DNA of 64,000 bases from Bigelowiella natans CCMP2755 (Eukaryota; Protista; Cercozoa): positions 17,229-81,228 of the forward strand of contig ADNK01001134.1 of the NCBI GenBank assembly GCA_000320545.1, read 5' to 3'. Below, in pieces: positions 1 to 13,894 of this stretch. Both the position numbers and the translations under genes were made by a program. Position 1 is the first letter of the stretch; each line of letters opens with the position of its first letter. Under the pieces are notes generated by a model, which saw only the letters and a list, made by a program, of their open reading frames with translations, did not search any database and was not told the DNA's origin.

Positions 1-336
1 TTAAGGAAAAAGTGCGAGTGCGAGCTTTGCAAGTCAGGGAAGGTGCGTCCACTAATTGTTGTGAATTTGCAGGTCCCCATTCTGCATGGGAAATACAACA
101 CCGTCTTTAGATATTTGAGTCGATATGATCTACAGGCAACATCTCATAATGATGACTCCCATGACCAGAGCTTAAACCAGAAAATCACTGTTGCTGGTGT
201 TGATTTGCGTTTAATCGGTAGTTTACTTAGTAAATATTGTAGAATAAAACTGTCTTTGTCACTGTCCAAGTGAGTAAGTTAGTAAACAAAATATAATTCA
301 TGTGTATTATGTTTTACATATTTATATTCTTTATGA

Positions 337-378
<42 letters not shown>

Positions 379-643
379 TGTGACGAACTACATCTTGGGT
401 GACACACCTGTAATATCTTCCTCCCCTCTCACCATTTTTTGGTAAGTATGCACTAAGCACGATTGAGCAGGGTTCAAGTTAATTATATGCTATCACTACT
501 AATACTAATACTACGTCGTGGTGGTAACGAGACTACTTTAATGTTTGTAAGGCGGAACGACAAAATGTGCTCGGACGATGATTAGGTAGTTGTGTTGAGA
601 GATGGCCAGTAGCAACCACCAACTACTCCCACTGCTACTACCA

Positions 644-686
<43 letters not shown>

Positions 687-3246
687 GGCTGCTATCGTTT
701 ACCCTGCTTCTCTCACTCATTTGTTTCTTTCCTTCTCAGATACTTCGAGAAAGTATTTGGAGATGATAAAAAAGATGGATCCAAAGGAAAGGACGGTTGT
801 AGAGCACTAGAAGGGAAAAAGGTGTGTCTGTCCTCCGACGCTGCTGCTTCTCCTGCTGCTTGAGATTAGTATATTTCATGATTGATGGATGACTATCTAC
901 ATGTTCTTTCTTAGGTTGTGGAAGTTGGCAGCGGAACAGGTGTTTGAGCTGCAACTATCAACTATGTTGATATCAATTAATATACATGATGAGAAGTAGT
1001 CATTATTCCAACCTCTTCAACATTAATAACCAATTCTTTATCGAATAAGACTGTGAGACGATGACGATGATGATGAGGAATTGTTGTCACCTCCATACAC
1101 AGGACTCGTGGGATCTTGTTTAGCACTTTTAGGAGCTAATGTGGGTCACAACAGAACACACGTCTTCTGCAACTTGCTGCTGCTGATGGATCGATCAATC
1201 ATCATAATTTCTCTTTTTCTTATATCAATGAGCTAGAATTACTGCTACCACCACAAACACAACTGCCATCGTTGTTATTTGTTTTTATCCATCATTATGA
1301 TACTGCTGGTATCAGGTGACAATGACAGACCAATCGTACGTGATGGAAGTTTTAAATTTCAATCTCAACAAGATCGGTACGTTGGTATATCAGTAGTATC
1401 AGTATTCTCATTAGTAGATTTATCATCATTGCTAGTAGTATTGTAAGTCCGTTGATCAAAGTAATGAAAAACGGCATGCCACAAATGCAAGTAGCTCAAT
1501 AGTAGTAGTAGGGGAGGAGGAGGAGACCGAATCACCATGCTAGTAGGATTTGTAGTCCACAGCTCATTGCTAAATGATTCAATCAATGCTGCACAATGCT
1601 GTTCTTTTTTTATATATTCTTCGATACCATCAATGAAGTAGAAGGAAGGGAGGAAAAAGGAGGACATCCAATTATTTATGTGTTTTCATGATTTCGGAGA
1701 TTCCGTAGATTGCTATCAGATGTTATATTATTCTGGCTTCTTCTTATTATTATTATTATGGTATGTCAGGCAAAACAGCAGCAGTTGCAAAGAAAGCATT
1801 TAATGTTGAAACCAAGGTGAGGAGGACAATATGTTATTGTAGTAGAAGAGGAGGAGGCAGTAATGATTACATTTATACACACACACACACACACACATAC
1901 ACACATACACATACACAATCTGTAGTAGAGAAAGAGGAGTAACAGCGTGTACATGATTCAAAACTGGATGAGAATGCAACGTAAACTATAAGTATTTGGT
2001 TTGCAGGCAATACTCTTTACATGCTTTAACTCAATAAAAGAAGAAAAACGAGTATTGTTTTAGTAACAATCTACCGACAGTGTGGCTACTACTACAGCAG
2101 CTGTTTTTTGCAGATACATTATCTATTTTCTATAAATGTTGTAATTGTTTTTTAAAGGCGATGTTTGTTTTAGGAGCACGTTTGGGGAACAGACACAAAG
2201 GAATTAGTGTACTTTATTTAACGATAACTTTGTTTTTCACTGCTAATAATCAATACATAATATAAGGCATAGATAAACTAAACATTTTATGCCAAAATGA
2301 TATTTACATCATCATCACATCATCATCATCATGCCGTTGTTAACTGTATCTTTGTCGCCGACATCAACAAACAGCCCGTGTGATATTGTGGTGGGATCGG
2401 ATCTTATATTCGCTTTGGAGGGAATACGGCCTTTAGGTAGAGGACAATCAATATCCAGAGATGTTACCCATGAGTGATCTTGGTTGTTTTTTACACAACG
2501 GATAAATGGTTTATTTTACCGTGTTTCTTCCTTCCTGCCTGCTATCTTTGCACATTATCACCACCATCGTTAATTAACTATAATGGTGGTGATGATGATG
2601 TATTACAACAGTCAAGTCAATCACCAACATGGTGCGCGAATCTAGGAAGAAGAAGGATGATGTGGTAGTAATTCTTCGTCCTTTGAACATCATAATAAAC
2701 TATGTGAAATTGTGATAATCGTTTGTGTATATAAACCACATATCCGCAGGAGCATATCATTGGTGGTGATGACATTTGGACCCCTTCTCATCTCTTTTCC
2801 CTTCTCATCTCTTTTACTTTTTCTCCCTCTCTTCTCCCTCCCTCCTCCGATGGTTCTCTAGGAGGCTTACGTTGCCGTTATTCGACGCTTTGAATGGGAA
2901 AAGCTTTATTTTGATCTTATGGTAGCAGGCAATAGTCGCAGTAGATTGATGATAATGCAATGAGATGTTTTGAAGTAAGAGGAGTGATGACTTAGCATAA
3001 AGTATGTGTGTCTCACGACAGGCCATAGGCCAGATAAATTTATATGATATCTTCATCATTAACGACATTGCATTCTCATCACCCTACCAACAAATTGTGC
3101 AGGACAAGAACTTTGATTCCGAGAAGGTTTTAGAGGTTAGAGTAAACTTCTATTTGTTTTAACAAAACCATCACTAACACCATTGGCAGCAGCCTGATTA
3201 AGCTATAATAAACCGTCTACTTACCACTACCATCACGGTCATCACC

Positions 3247-3294
<48 letters not shown>

Positions 3295-3425
3295 GCTTGC
3301 TGCTTCTGGCTATCATATTGCAGGAGGGTGATATTTGTATATATCGTTACAAATGGCACGGAAAGGGAGGAGGAATAATAAATGATAAAGCGACAAAAGA
3401 CGTTTCGGCGGAAGATGGCAATTAA
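1..3425 (+). CDS. METTL21/EEF-KMT-like protein-lysine methyltransferase (Methyltransf_16 family), multi-exon, 5' end unresolved
   Basis: Small GT-AG exons give RYFEKVF..LEGKK|VVEVGSGT|GLVGSCLALLGAN|VTMTDQ ... EHVWGTDTKEL|PCDIVVGSDLIF ... EAYVAVIRRFEWE ... EGDICIYRY. These match motif I (V-E-x-G-S-G-T-G), the post-I TD, the WG and the D-x-x-x-G-S-D-L-I-F motifs. Stop TAA at 3423-3425. Confidence 0.8.
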
Positions 3426-3930
3426 GTAGATTTATAAGATTGTGTAGTATGTTTCTTCTTATGAAAACATATATGCATTGTTACTTTTTTTATGCCAAAT
3501 TAGCAAGTAGAGTGTGCTCTCTGCAAGCTCACAGAATGTATGTCTTGCCTTGATTTCACTCACCATTATAAGTACATGGCAATATAATACGGAGAACCTA
3601 TTAGCTAGCTAGGCCTAATTGGACGTTATGCGATGCATGCTACATTTATCTACATAGATTGAATCACCATGATTATCTAGTTATGAGCGATTGATGGATC
3701 CAGTTACGTTGTTGTTCGCAACCACCCACCTCCCGATCTAACCATATCTGTAGATCTATCTGATATACATTGCTAGATTACCGTGCACATTGCACTGTGT
3801 TACATAGCGCCGCCGCGGTGCTAGTGGTGTGTGCGAGACGGATGTGATCAATCAATCAAAAATTTTCAATGGTCATCCCTAGATCCTAATGTAACTGCGT
3901 GCAATGCAGCAGCTACAGCGCCGCGGCGAG

Positions 3931-3969
<39 letters not shown>

Positions 3970-4614
3970 CAAGTTGTGTGCGCGCGCGCGATATGCACTC
4001 GATCATGTGCACATCTAGACATCTAGACATGCTATATTGTCTAAATGCATGTTATTTGACTGTCGACGTTAATCATGTAATATGTAAGTGATGCCTAGGT
4101 CTAGCTAGCTAGATAGAGGTGCCTACAGTGTCCTGGTGTCAATGTCTAGAATGTGCACATCAAAGAAGATAACTCCAGAGCAAGCTTTAGATAGCTACTG
4201 GATAAGCTAGCTAGCTAGGGCAATACACCATCACCATCATTATCCGCACAATTGTAGAATGGCGGAGGATGATCAAAGGAATAAGTGTGCGATACGATGC
4301 GACTGTTGTAGATGGCGTAGGCGGACAAGCACACCACACACATCATAATACCTTTTTCACCTATAGCAGTCGTAGTACATATAACCGTAGCATGCACATA
4401 TTATAGTAGCATGCGATGTCTTGTGCCTACACAAATTCTCCATAGATGGATAAGCATGACATGTTGAACGGCTACGTCTAGACGTAATCAAGTTGATTGA
4501 GACACCATCGCTGGATGCTCGATGTTACGTATTGCCATTCGTTGGCAAACGAAACGATACGATGCAACTTGCATATATATTTTTATATGACAATTTACGG
4601 CTTTACTCTAAATC

Positions 4615-4810
4615 CTACGTAAGGTTCAGGGAGAAACTAAGGCCTCCTCCTCCATCATTATAATTATTTCCGAGAGAATGATCTTCTTCCTGGTCTTCGT
4701 ATTCGTCATCATCGCCTTCTTCAGGTACAATCTGAGTTATCACGTTTGAGGGTAACTTTTTTAGTGCAAATAAATCATATGGGGAAAACACAAATCAAAA
4801 ATACAAGAAC

Positions 4811-4850
<40 letters not shown>

Positions 4851-4971
4851 TGGAATGTACTTTAATTTTTTAAAAACGATACAATTTGTCTAAGAATAAG
4901 TAAAAAATATATATTATAATTCATGATAGGTATGTGCTCTGTGCAGTATGTGTATGTGTGTGTGTGTGTGA

Positions 4972-5031
<60 letters not shown>

Positions 5032-5726
5032 TTATAATATATGCATACTGGAACATGTTTTGTATGTATAGTCTTCTTCAATATCAAAAGATGTTTAAAT
5101 TACCAGATACGAGATGAAATTTGTTGACCCATTCCTATCCCGTACAATATGCTGCAGTTTAAGCATGCCCATAGCATTCATCTGCAAACACGAATAATTC
5201 AATAGACGATGGCTCAGTATTACTACTACGCGAAGAGGTATATGTATGTGTATCAAGGTTTGCACCGGACACAAAAGTTTCTTGATTCTGTCAAGAGAAG
5301 GATCCAATGTAGTTACGGATGTTGTCTCTCCAGCTATCGTAATTATTTTGATATCCTCTGTTTATTTCCACCTGGATCATCGTCGTGTCAGTCTTTGGCA
5401 TTTTCGTCAATGACTTGGCGCACATTTGTATTAACCCTATGTTATACCTGAGTAAATAGAAAGAGAAAGTGTTGCATTCTGAGTAGTAACAACAGCTGCA
5501 CTTTGACGCCTTCATTGGACAGCAAGAGCGGTATGGATGGTCCCTCACACCTGTTTGAGCAATACTCCTGACATTGAAAGTGCTCAAAGACTTCAGAGAG
5601 TTCATCGTTGGGGAAATCTATCTGGGAATGTAGAAGACGATTGATTGATGAAAAGGCGGAGATGTATACAATGTGAGAAAACAAGATAACATGGAGCAAG
5701 GGTGCAAAACACACACACACACACAC

Positions 5727-5766
<40 letters not shown>

Positions 5767-6984
5767 GGCAGGATGTGCTGTGCATGCAGTAGACCCTGCA
5801 GAACATGGAGTCACCGCCCGCACGGAAGCTCATAAAGGGCTCGGAAGGTGCCATTACAATTTGGACACTGCTTGTTCCCGGAATGTCGAGCTCCGAGAAA
5901 CAATCTACGATATATCATAAAACGCTGTCATATTAAGCAAGAGACGAGACTTTGGCCGTTAGCATGTATCTGTATGCTTTTGTTCTTGCAAGGCATCTTC
6001 ATCTTCATCACGGCATGGTAAGAACAAGCCGACCTTGCAGATACTTCGACTGACACATTCATATATAATTGAATAGGTAAGATAAAGAAAATGAGTGAGT
6101 GGGAGAGAGGATGGGGGGGGGGTGAGAGGTAGAGGGTGGGCGAGGAAGGAGGAGGAGGAGGTGAAATTATAGCCCTGACTTTACCGAAATTATGATGAAG
6201 CAAACAACAGAACAAAGATACCTTAAGGCATGCTTGGTTTAACAACATTGATTTTCTGAAGTTGAAATCAACAGGCCTTGGACCTTGCACAGTACGAATG
6301 GCGCACTCTGTTATGACGCCTTTATTTTCCAATCTTTAAATTAGAGATTGTATTATGAGATGAAATATAATGCAGCTATTTTGCGTTAGGATGCTATTAC
6401 ATGAGATGGACATCCTCGCCATATCCATTATATGTCATCGTTACATAGCACGAAGAGCTGAATATTCGAAGGCAGTCCAGCATAGTAGTCAAGTCGATCC
6501 TAAACTCTCGATCTTTCTCATCTCCTCCGCTGAGCTTATACTCTTGGAAGATATTGCTCTTCATGTATGCTGATGCCTGGAGAATTTTGTCTTTTTCAAT
6601 TGTGACCTTAATCCCCTCATCTGCGATCATGAACACGGCACCCTGATTATTCGACAGAAGAAGGAGAAGAAAATATATCATTATGTGACGTTTAGGGAAA
6701 TATTGAGCCATGAGATACCACCCATGGACATAAATTCAGGCTAAAAAATAAACGTATCGAACCCTGCCACTTGCTACCTCTTTATTCTTCGATTGTACCT
6801 GCTTGTCCTTCTCCATCTGCAGCACGCTCAAGATCGTTGTGAAGTATTCTGAATCGGTTACCTTGCACGAGAAGACGAAAGAGGAGGACTTGGAGTCCTT
6901 CGAACTGGAGGAAGAGATCTGCGAATGCATTGCGGTGGATTCATTCCTCGTGTCGTTTGCCCCCTCCTGGCGAGGGGAGGCCAT
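4615..6984 (-). CDS. RAD1: 9-1-1 checkpoint clamp subunit RAD1 (PCNA-like), about 9 exons
   Basis: Exons: FSCKVTDSEYFTTILSVL|GAVFMIADEGIKVTIEKDKILQASAYM..FRIDLTTMLDCLRIF..MTYNGYG|LENKGVITECAIRT..VDFNF|SKYLQD|CFSELD|IDFP..VFEHFQC|MNAMGMLKLQHIV..FISYL|IVPEE plus acidic tail. These are typical Rad1 motifs. ATG at 6984, TAG at 4615-4617. Confidence 0.9.
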
Positions 6985-7414
6985 GGGGTTTGGGAGTAGA
7001 AGGTCTTCCCGATCCCCGTTTTGCTTGCCCTTTCCCGCCAAAAGCCGAGTTATTATTGTTCCAAAAAATAGAATAAATAGAGCAAAAGAGAAGAGTAAAT
7101 CACAGAGCGACTTGTCACAGTGCTCCTTTTTTGGAAAATAGTTACATATCACTGATTTCAACGATACAGAGGTGATAGCATGCGTGCGACAAGTGGTCGT
7201 CGAGTAGGTACCCCTCCTTGTAAGGTAGGCCAACTACCGGAAAGACAACTTGTTTTGGTAGAATATATTGTCGCACCATCAAAACAAAGGCATTAATTTC
7301 GTCTTCTGTAGCAATATTAACAACGTGGATAAATAGATCTGGATAGGTGCCCACCCCTCGGAACGACGAAGACCACTTCCTTGTTCCAAAGTGTACACAA
7401 AGCAGCACTCCAAC
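6985..7414. promoter_or_regulatory. Putative bidirectional promoter RAD1/ACAD
   Basis: About 430 bp between divergent start codons. The ACAD start is tentative. Confidence 0.45.
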
Positions 7415-8515
7415 ATGCCCCGCGATCACCACCAACAACAAAATCATCACAATGGGAAAGCTGATCAAGAGGATTATGATCACGATGATAAGGAGGAGGA
7501 GGAGGAGGAGGAGGAGGAGGAAGAGACAACGCACACGGTTTTCGGGTCAAAAACACCATTTGCAGAGCCGAAGGTAAGGTGTGATGAATCCATCAATGTG
7601 AACGTATATGATGTGTAAAGCGTGGTGAATCAATCAATGTGATCGAAAGATGACGATCCGTCGACGTCTTATATAGTATATTTCATCAAGATTTATTTGG
7701 TTGTTTGTTCAGTGGTACGACTCTCGCAACAAGAGCCCTTACTATACCGATGATCACAGGGCTTTTAGAAATCAAATCCGAAAGTTGTCAAGAAAATATG
7801 AAAAAAAAAAGTTCAATTAATGGCTGGACCACATTTTCTTCTCTACATGTAACTTAAGCCTTTCCCCCCCTCCCCCCTCTGTTCTCCTCCTCCTCCTCCT
7901 CCTCCTCCTCCTCCTCCTCCTCCTCCTCTTCCTCTTCCACGGATGATAAGATTTGTGGATGAGGAGATAATTCCTCATGTCGAAGACTGGGAATTGAAGA
8001 ATGCTATTCCCAGAGAGGTATTAGTAGTATTAGTAGGCTTGGCTCTGTTGTGGTGCTGCCTGTTTTCAGCCCACAAACAAACAAACCAAAGTCAATAGAA
8101 ATAATACAAAGATATGCATATCAAATAGACATCGCCACTCAAACTCTTAAACTTCAACACTTTGCTACTGTGTCACCTAGCCGTCGCTCTGATGGCGATT
8201 AGCAATGGGTTTGATAACGATAATTCATATAAACAGAAACCATATTTAATGATTGTGACAGATCTATGTCCGTGCTTATGAAGTTGGAATGATCCCAGCG
8301 GTACTTGTAGTTTTTGGCTATTGTAGAAGTAGTAGTAATAGTAGTAGTACTACTAGTAGTAGTAGGTAGTAGTAGTAGTAGTAGTAGTAGTAGAGTATAA
8401 GGAGATGGAGAGGAGGATGAAGAGAGCAATGTCGGTCAACTTCGGTATTAACACCTCCTTATGCTCCTCATGCTGGTGTTCCCTTTTTCGTTTGAACAAT
8501 AGTCATCATCATAAT

Positions 8516-8550
<35 letters not shown>

Positions 8551-8942
8551 TAATAACTGACACAACTACTCAGGTGATAGGATGGCCTGAAGAGGTGGTG
8601 GGTCGTAAGCGGCCAAAAGGATTTGACGGCTATTTTGCCTTCATTTGCTTTGATGAATTGTCCAGATGTGCCTCGGTACTGCTACTAGTGGTAGTAGTAA
8701 TAGTAGTAGTAGTAGTAGTAGTAGTAGTACTTGTTGTAATAGTAGTACAAAATAATAGAGTTGAAGATAGAATAATGGATAAAGATATGCTGAAGATATT
8801 GTTGGGATGATGAATAATAGCTCTGCTTTGGAGTAAATATTTATCTTTTATGGGTGATACTTGAGCCATCACATCCAATTTATCGTCGTATTCGAACAAC
8901 AAATCTGAGAGCAGAGGATACACAACGTCGCATAAAATAGCA

Positions 8943-8984
<42 letters not shown>

Positions 8985-9230
8985 TTCTCTCGCTTACACA
9001 AGGTTCATTAATATGTTTTTTTTCTCCTGTAAGTCACGCTGTATACTTCATTAAGCTATTCTATATATTTAACGATAACTGGTTCGTGCTGCTACTATTC
9101 TCCTACTTACTTACTACAGGGAGGTGTTGTTTGGGGTTTGGTCGGAGGTAGTACTACTATGTAGTATATATGCATGCTTGTATTTATTATTCTGCCAAGC
9201 TTAGCTCTTAAACTTCACCATCTGGATGAA

Positions 9231-9295
<65 letters not shown>

Positions 9296-10241
9296 TACTC
9301 TTTCTCTCTGTGCATACGTATTTGTGTTTGGTATCCAATCATTGCTCCTGAAAAACGTTGTCTTCGATGACGATAAGGACTCGGCATTGGTCTGCCTCCA
9401 GTCGCCCATTTCGGAAACGAAGAGATAAAGAAAACCATTGCTGGTAGGAGGGAGGGGGGGGGGGTATTATCTGTAAAGTAGCAGCGGCAGTAATATATAT
9501 TCGTTTGTATGGATACAGGGCCTTGTCTTCGAGGAGAAAAGCGTATTGCTCTTGCTGTTAGCGAACCTACAGGTACTAGTACTAGTAATAGTGTTACAAT
9601 AAAACATACACGTACATTTGAGATGTGTATGTGCGTATGGCATCATCTAAAGAATAAGAATAAGATCAGAAGAAGAAGAAGAAGAGGTTGATATAAACAA
9701 TAATGGCTTCCAATGGAGGTGTTAGCGGATATGTGTATATTTATTATCTGGTCTCACTACACGTGAACGAGTAAAACCTGTTGTTGTGGTTGTTGTTGTT
9801 GTTCTTATTCTTTGTACCACTGACAAGCGGGAAGTGATGTAGCGAACTTGAAGACGACTGCTCAGGAGGTTGATTATACATATATACACATATATATAAA
9901 GCAGGAAAAGGGATATGTTGGTTGCCAAAATAGCCCATCCTAACAGCGCGTCTTTAGTGTATTATTCATTTGATTGTCTAGCTCATTGTGTTAAGTGTTA
10001 AGAAGAAGAAGTGAGTCAGTGTAAACGGGTAGTGTGAGGGGAATATAGGCAGCAATTTGCCAATATTGACTGCCTCATATTGAGATGTAGATGATGATTG
10101 GAATAGAGGGAGATATGTAGCCAACAGAACGAAAACCATATTCTCCATCAAATTTCAACCATCTTCTGCACATTTATGGTGCCTATCATCATCATCATCA
10201 TCATAATCATCATTCCTTCTGTTCTTCTAGTATGTAATATA

Positions 10242-10286
<45 letters not shown>

Positions 10287-10986
10287 ATTCTCCTTCATCT
10301 CTTACTATTACCTTCCTTTCTTTTACCCCTTCGTTGGTTGGTAGGATGGCGACTATTACATAGTGAATGGACTCAAGAAATGGATCACTTGCGGACTTTT
10401 TGCAGACTATTTCACTACTGCTGTGAGAACAGGAGAGGAGGTGCCTGACTCGTAGCAGTATACCTAGTAGTAGATCATCGCAAAGGGGGGGAGGGGGGGG
10501 AGGAGAGCGAGAGAATGGTGGAAGTTATAGTATTCTTTCAGTGTTGTTGACCTATCATCGTTACGATCATGCATAGTGGAAACTATCCAACTTGTTTGAT
10601 TGTTGTCATCATTGTTGCGATCGGTTCTCATTATCATCATCATCATCATCATCGTCGTCGTCGTCGTCGTCATCATTCTATTCACGCAATATTTGTGATT
10701 ATCATAAACTCGAATGTTACTAAGACTGCCAAGTCTTCAAATAGTGCTGCTGCTTCATTGCCCCCCTCCCCTCCATTTTACTGCTTTTGGTGTACGACAA
10801 CTCATAGCGGAGGCATTGCATATTTTCTTCTCTTTATTCGTATAACGGCAATTCCTATCATCATCATCATCAAACAGGGCTCTGGAATGATGGGAGTCTC
10901 CTTACTGCTCATCGAGAAATCTCGAAAAGGCGTAAGCGTGAGGCCAATGGACTGTGAGTAGTGTTTGTTACTAAATGTTTTCTCTT

Positions 10987-11024
<38 letters not shown>

Positions 11025-13197
11025 TTCCTCATAGTAGTAGTGGCAGCAGCAGTAGCAAGTAGTGTGTTATAGATTTTCTCAAAGCTGTGTATGTAAATGC
11101 CTTGTGTGTTATAGATTTCCTCAAAGCTGTGTATGTAAATGCCTTGTACCGCTCATCATTCTCCACAAATGCTATCATCAAATTTGTGTTTTTCTTCCTC
11201 GCATCATTCACCTTACTATTAGTAGATAGTAGTTTAAGAAAGGTGGATAATCAGAATGCACACAAGCACATATAAACTGTACACGTGTTACTATGGTGAA
11301 TTTCGTAAACATCTGAAACGCTCCTGCCATCATCGTGATCATGATCACCAAACATGCACATCAACTATAAATCAGGCATGGGCGTTAAAGGGAGTGGCAC
11401 TGCGTAATACGATGAGAACAACAAACAACAACATCCATCACATATAAGCACGCACACACATACACACACACACACACACACCTGTGCGGTACTTTTGTTT
11501 ATCATCACAATGTCCATTAGCAGCGTAGTCGGTGGTCTTCTACCACATGCTATAAATCCCGCTCAAAAGTGCATGAATCCATCCCATGTTGAATCGTGCA
11601 TTCGATGATGAAAAGAAAGACAACACGAGGATGATCATTGGTGCTTGTTCTTCTCCCTAAGGACTGATAATTATACTAGGTACGTGGAGTTTGATGATGT
11701 TAAAGTCCCAAAGGCTAATCTGATCGGAGATGTGACGATTTTGCTGCGAAACTTCGTAACAGAAAGGCTTGGACTAGCAGTACAAGCTAATAGATTTGCA
11801 CGTGGTAGGAATTACATCAGCATAATAATAATAATAATAATAATAATAAGGATGATGATAATGGTGATAACAATGGTAATCATAGAATCATAGTTATTGA
11901 ACCAGACTATCTGAAAGACAGCAAGTTAAAATGATTTCCTTTGATGACAATAGATTGAGCGTCCAAAGCATCTTATCCGAGTGGAAAGAATAATAATAAT
12001 AAGAAGAAGACGTTCACTAAATTATTATATGAGAGTCTTTATCACATCACGTTCCATATAGTATCTACTACTGTGTTTAAAGCACCGTTAGCCAGAATAT
12101 TTGCAGTAGTAGCAGCTATATAGTAAGTAACAATGGACATCCATCATTCATTCATTAAGCACATGACTGATTTTAGAGGCGTTGAGGCTGTCAATCGAGC
12201 ACATTCGTAAGAGAAAGGTTTTTGGCAAAACCCTGGAAAAGCAGCCTGTGGTCCGTTATAAGATTGCTACCATGGCTCGCATGGTAGAAACCACTCACGC
12301 GTTTTTGGAAGCTTTGTGCTACCGTATCGTTGTGGAGGAAAAGGATGGGGGGAACTGGCTTGAACCTCTTCTGAGGCTCGGTGCTGAGGCCGCTCTGGCA
12401 AAGGTAAGATAGTGTCAATGATTTTTTTGCTTTAGAGAACTTCTTTCCAATGTGTTTGGCGTTGAAGTTGCCGTATGGCAGTGGTGGTAAGGAGTAGCAT
12501 TTATTGTTTCATATTGCTGATGATGGTTATTTGGTTTTCTTTTTGTATTTTTCCTTTTCCCATAAAGTCAATTATTGGTAGCGTTGCTTATCATCGCTGC
12601 TCTTTGTTTGTTTTGTTGTCATCGTTTATCATCGATGTACTGCGTATCTGTTCTTAGGTACAAGCGACAAGGACCTTTGAGCATTGTGCAAGGGAGGCAG
12701 CTCATCTATGTGTGTATTCATTGATTCATTTATTAACGCACAGATACCATCATAGTTGGTACATGGTCGATTAAGTATATTTCAGTAGTGTGAAATGAAT
12801 TATTATTGCAGATGGAGGAAATGCTTATGTCAAGGGGAATCGAGTTGAGCACTTGTACTGCTGCTACGACTAGCACTATTTTAAACCTGTATTATTAGTA
12901 TTAGATGTATTTTTTCACCCCCGTTCATCATCCGCATATAATTAACATGGAACACGCATAAATAACAATCACAACTTTAGAGAAATAATTGACATTTTAG
13001 CAGCATCCTTGTCTTGTGCAAATCACTAGCAAGTCATGTGCATATCACCATATAAATCACATGATGATGGAGGATGACCTTGTTTATTGTGATTATTATG
13101 TAGATATCGGCAAGTCCTGTCCCTCGCTATACCTGGTGGTTCGGAAGATGTTATGGTCGATGCTGCAGCACGATTATCGCTAAAGGGGAAGCTTTAA
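7415..13197 (+). CDS. Acyl-CoA dehydrogenase (LCAD-like catalytic arrangement), about 17 exons, C-terminus GKL
   Basis: Exons give FGSKTPFAEPK|WY..SPYY..H..FR, IALAVSEPT|AGSDVANLKTTA, YIVNGLKKWITCGLFADYF, YVEFDDVKVP, NFVTERL, RKVFGKTL, GGNAYV, SLAIPGGSEDVM. Stop TAA at 13195-13197. The start codon is tentative. Confidence 0.9.
11062..11145. repeat. 42-bp tandem duplication (2 copies, 1 mismatch) inside an ACAD intron
   Basis: gtgtgttatagattt(t/c)ctcaaagctgtgtatgtaaatgcctt occurs at 11062 and 11104. Confidence 0.9.
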
Positions 13198-13894
13198 TGT
13201 TTCATCCCCATTCTAGTGCAACACCATTTCAACATCGCAATAAGCGTGCTTAATCGTGATCAATGCAAACCGACATGATACATTGCTGCTGTTTAGAAGC
13301 CCCATGCATGCAGGTTTTATGATTCATGATGCAAATGACATCTAGCATTTATTGCATTATTTGTTTCGAAAGCTAATATAACTGCATGATCGCTGGATCG
13401 ATTGTGCTAGAATGAGTCGCAAATGCAAAGCCACAGCAGCATGTGGTCGCCTCACAGAGACACAAGATAGATGGCTAATAATAAAGATGTCATCGTCACA
13501 ACGTAACGCTGCTGTTCATGTACTCATGCACACGATTCCCTATAGCTCATTGCAACACATCATACACCGGTAGACAGCTGTGCATTTCAGATTTTCTTAC
13601 ACACGTACGCATGGAACGAACGAAGACGACGTCGATCGGAAGACATGTACATAGCAAGCGTTCTAGTGTTGTCTGCTCGCTGCCTTGTGCATTGTTTGCA
13701 TGTGCCTGCTAGCCTGCCTACGCTGATAGAGCAATGCTATGACTAAGTGAGAAGCGCAGCTAGCGCATGCGTTATCAGCGCGACATTCCAATCTAGCAAT
13801 GTACGTACGACGAACACATAAAAAAATGAGTTCCGGTGACTCGGCAGTCATCTTAACATAGTTATTGTACATGTTTGATTTTATGCTGCTATCA

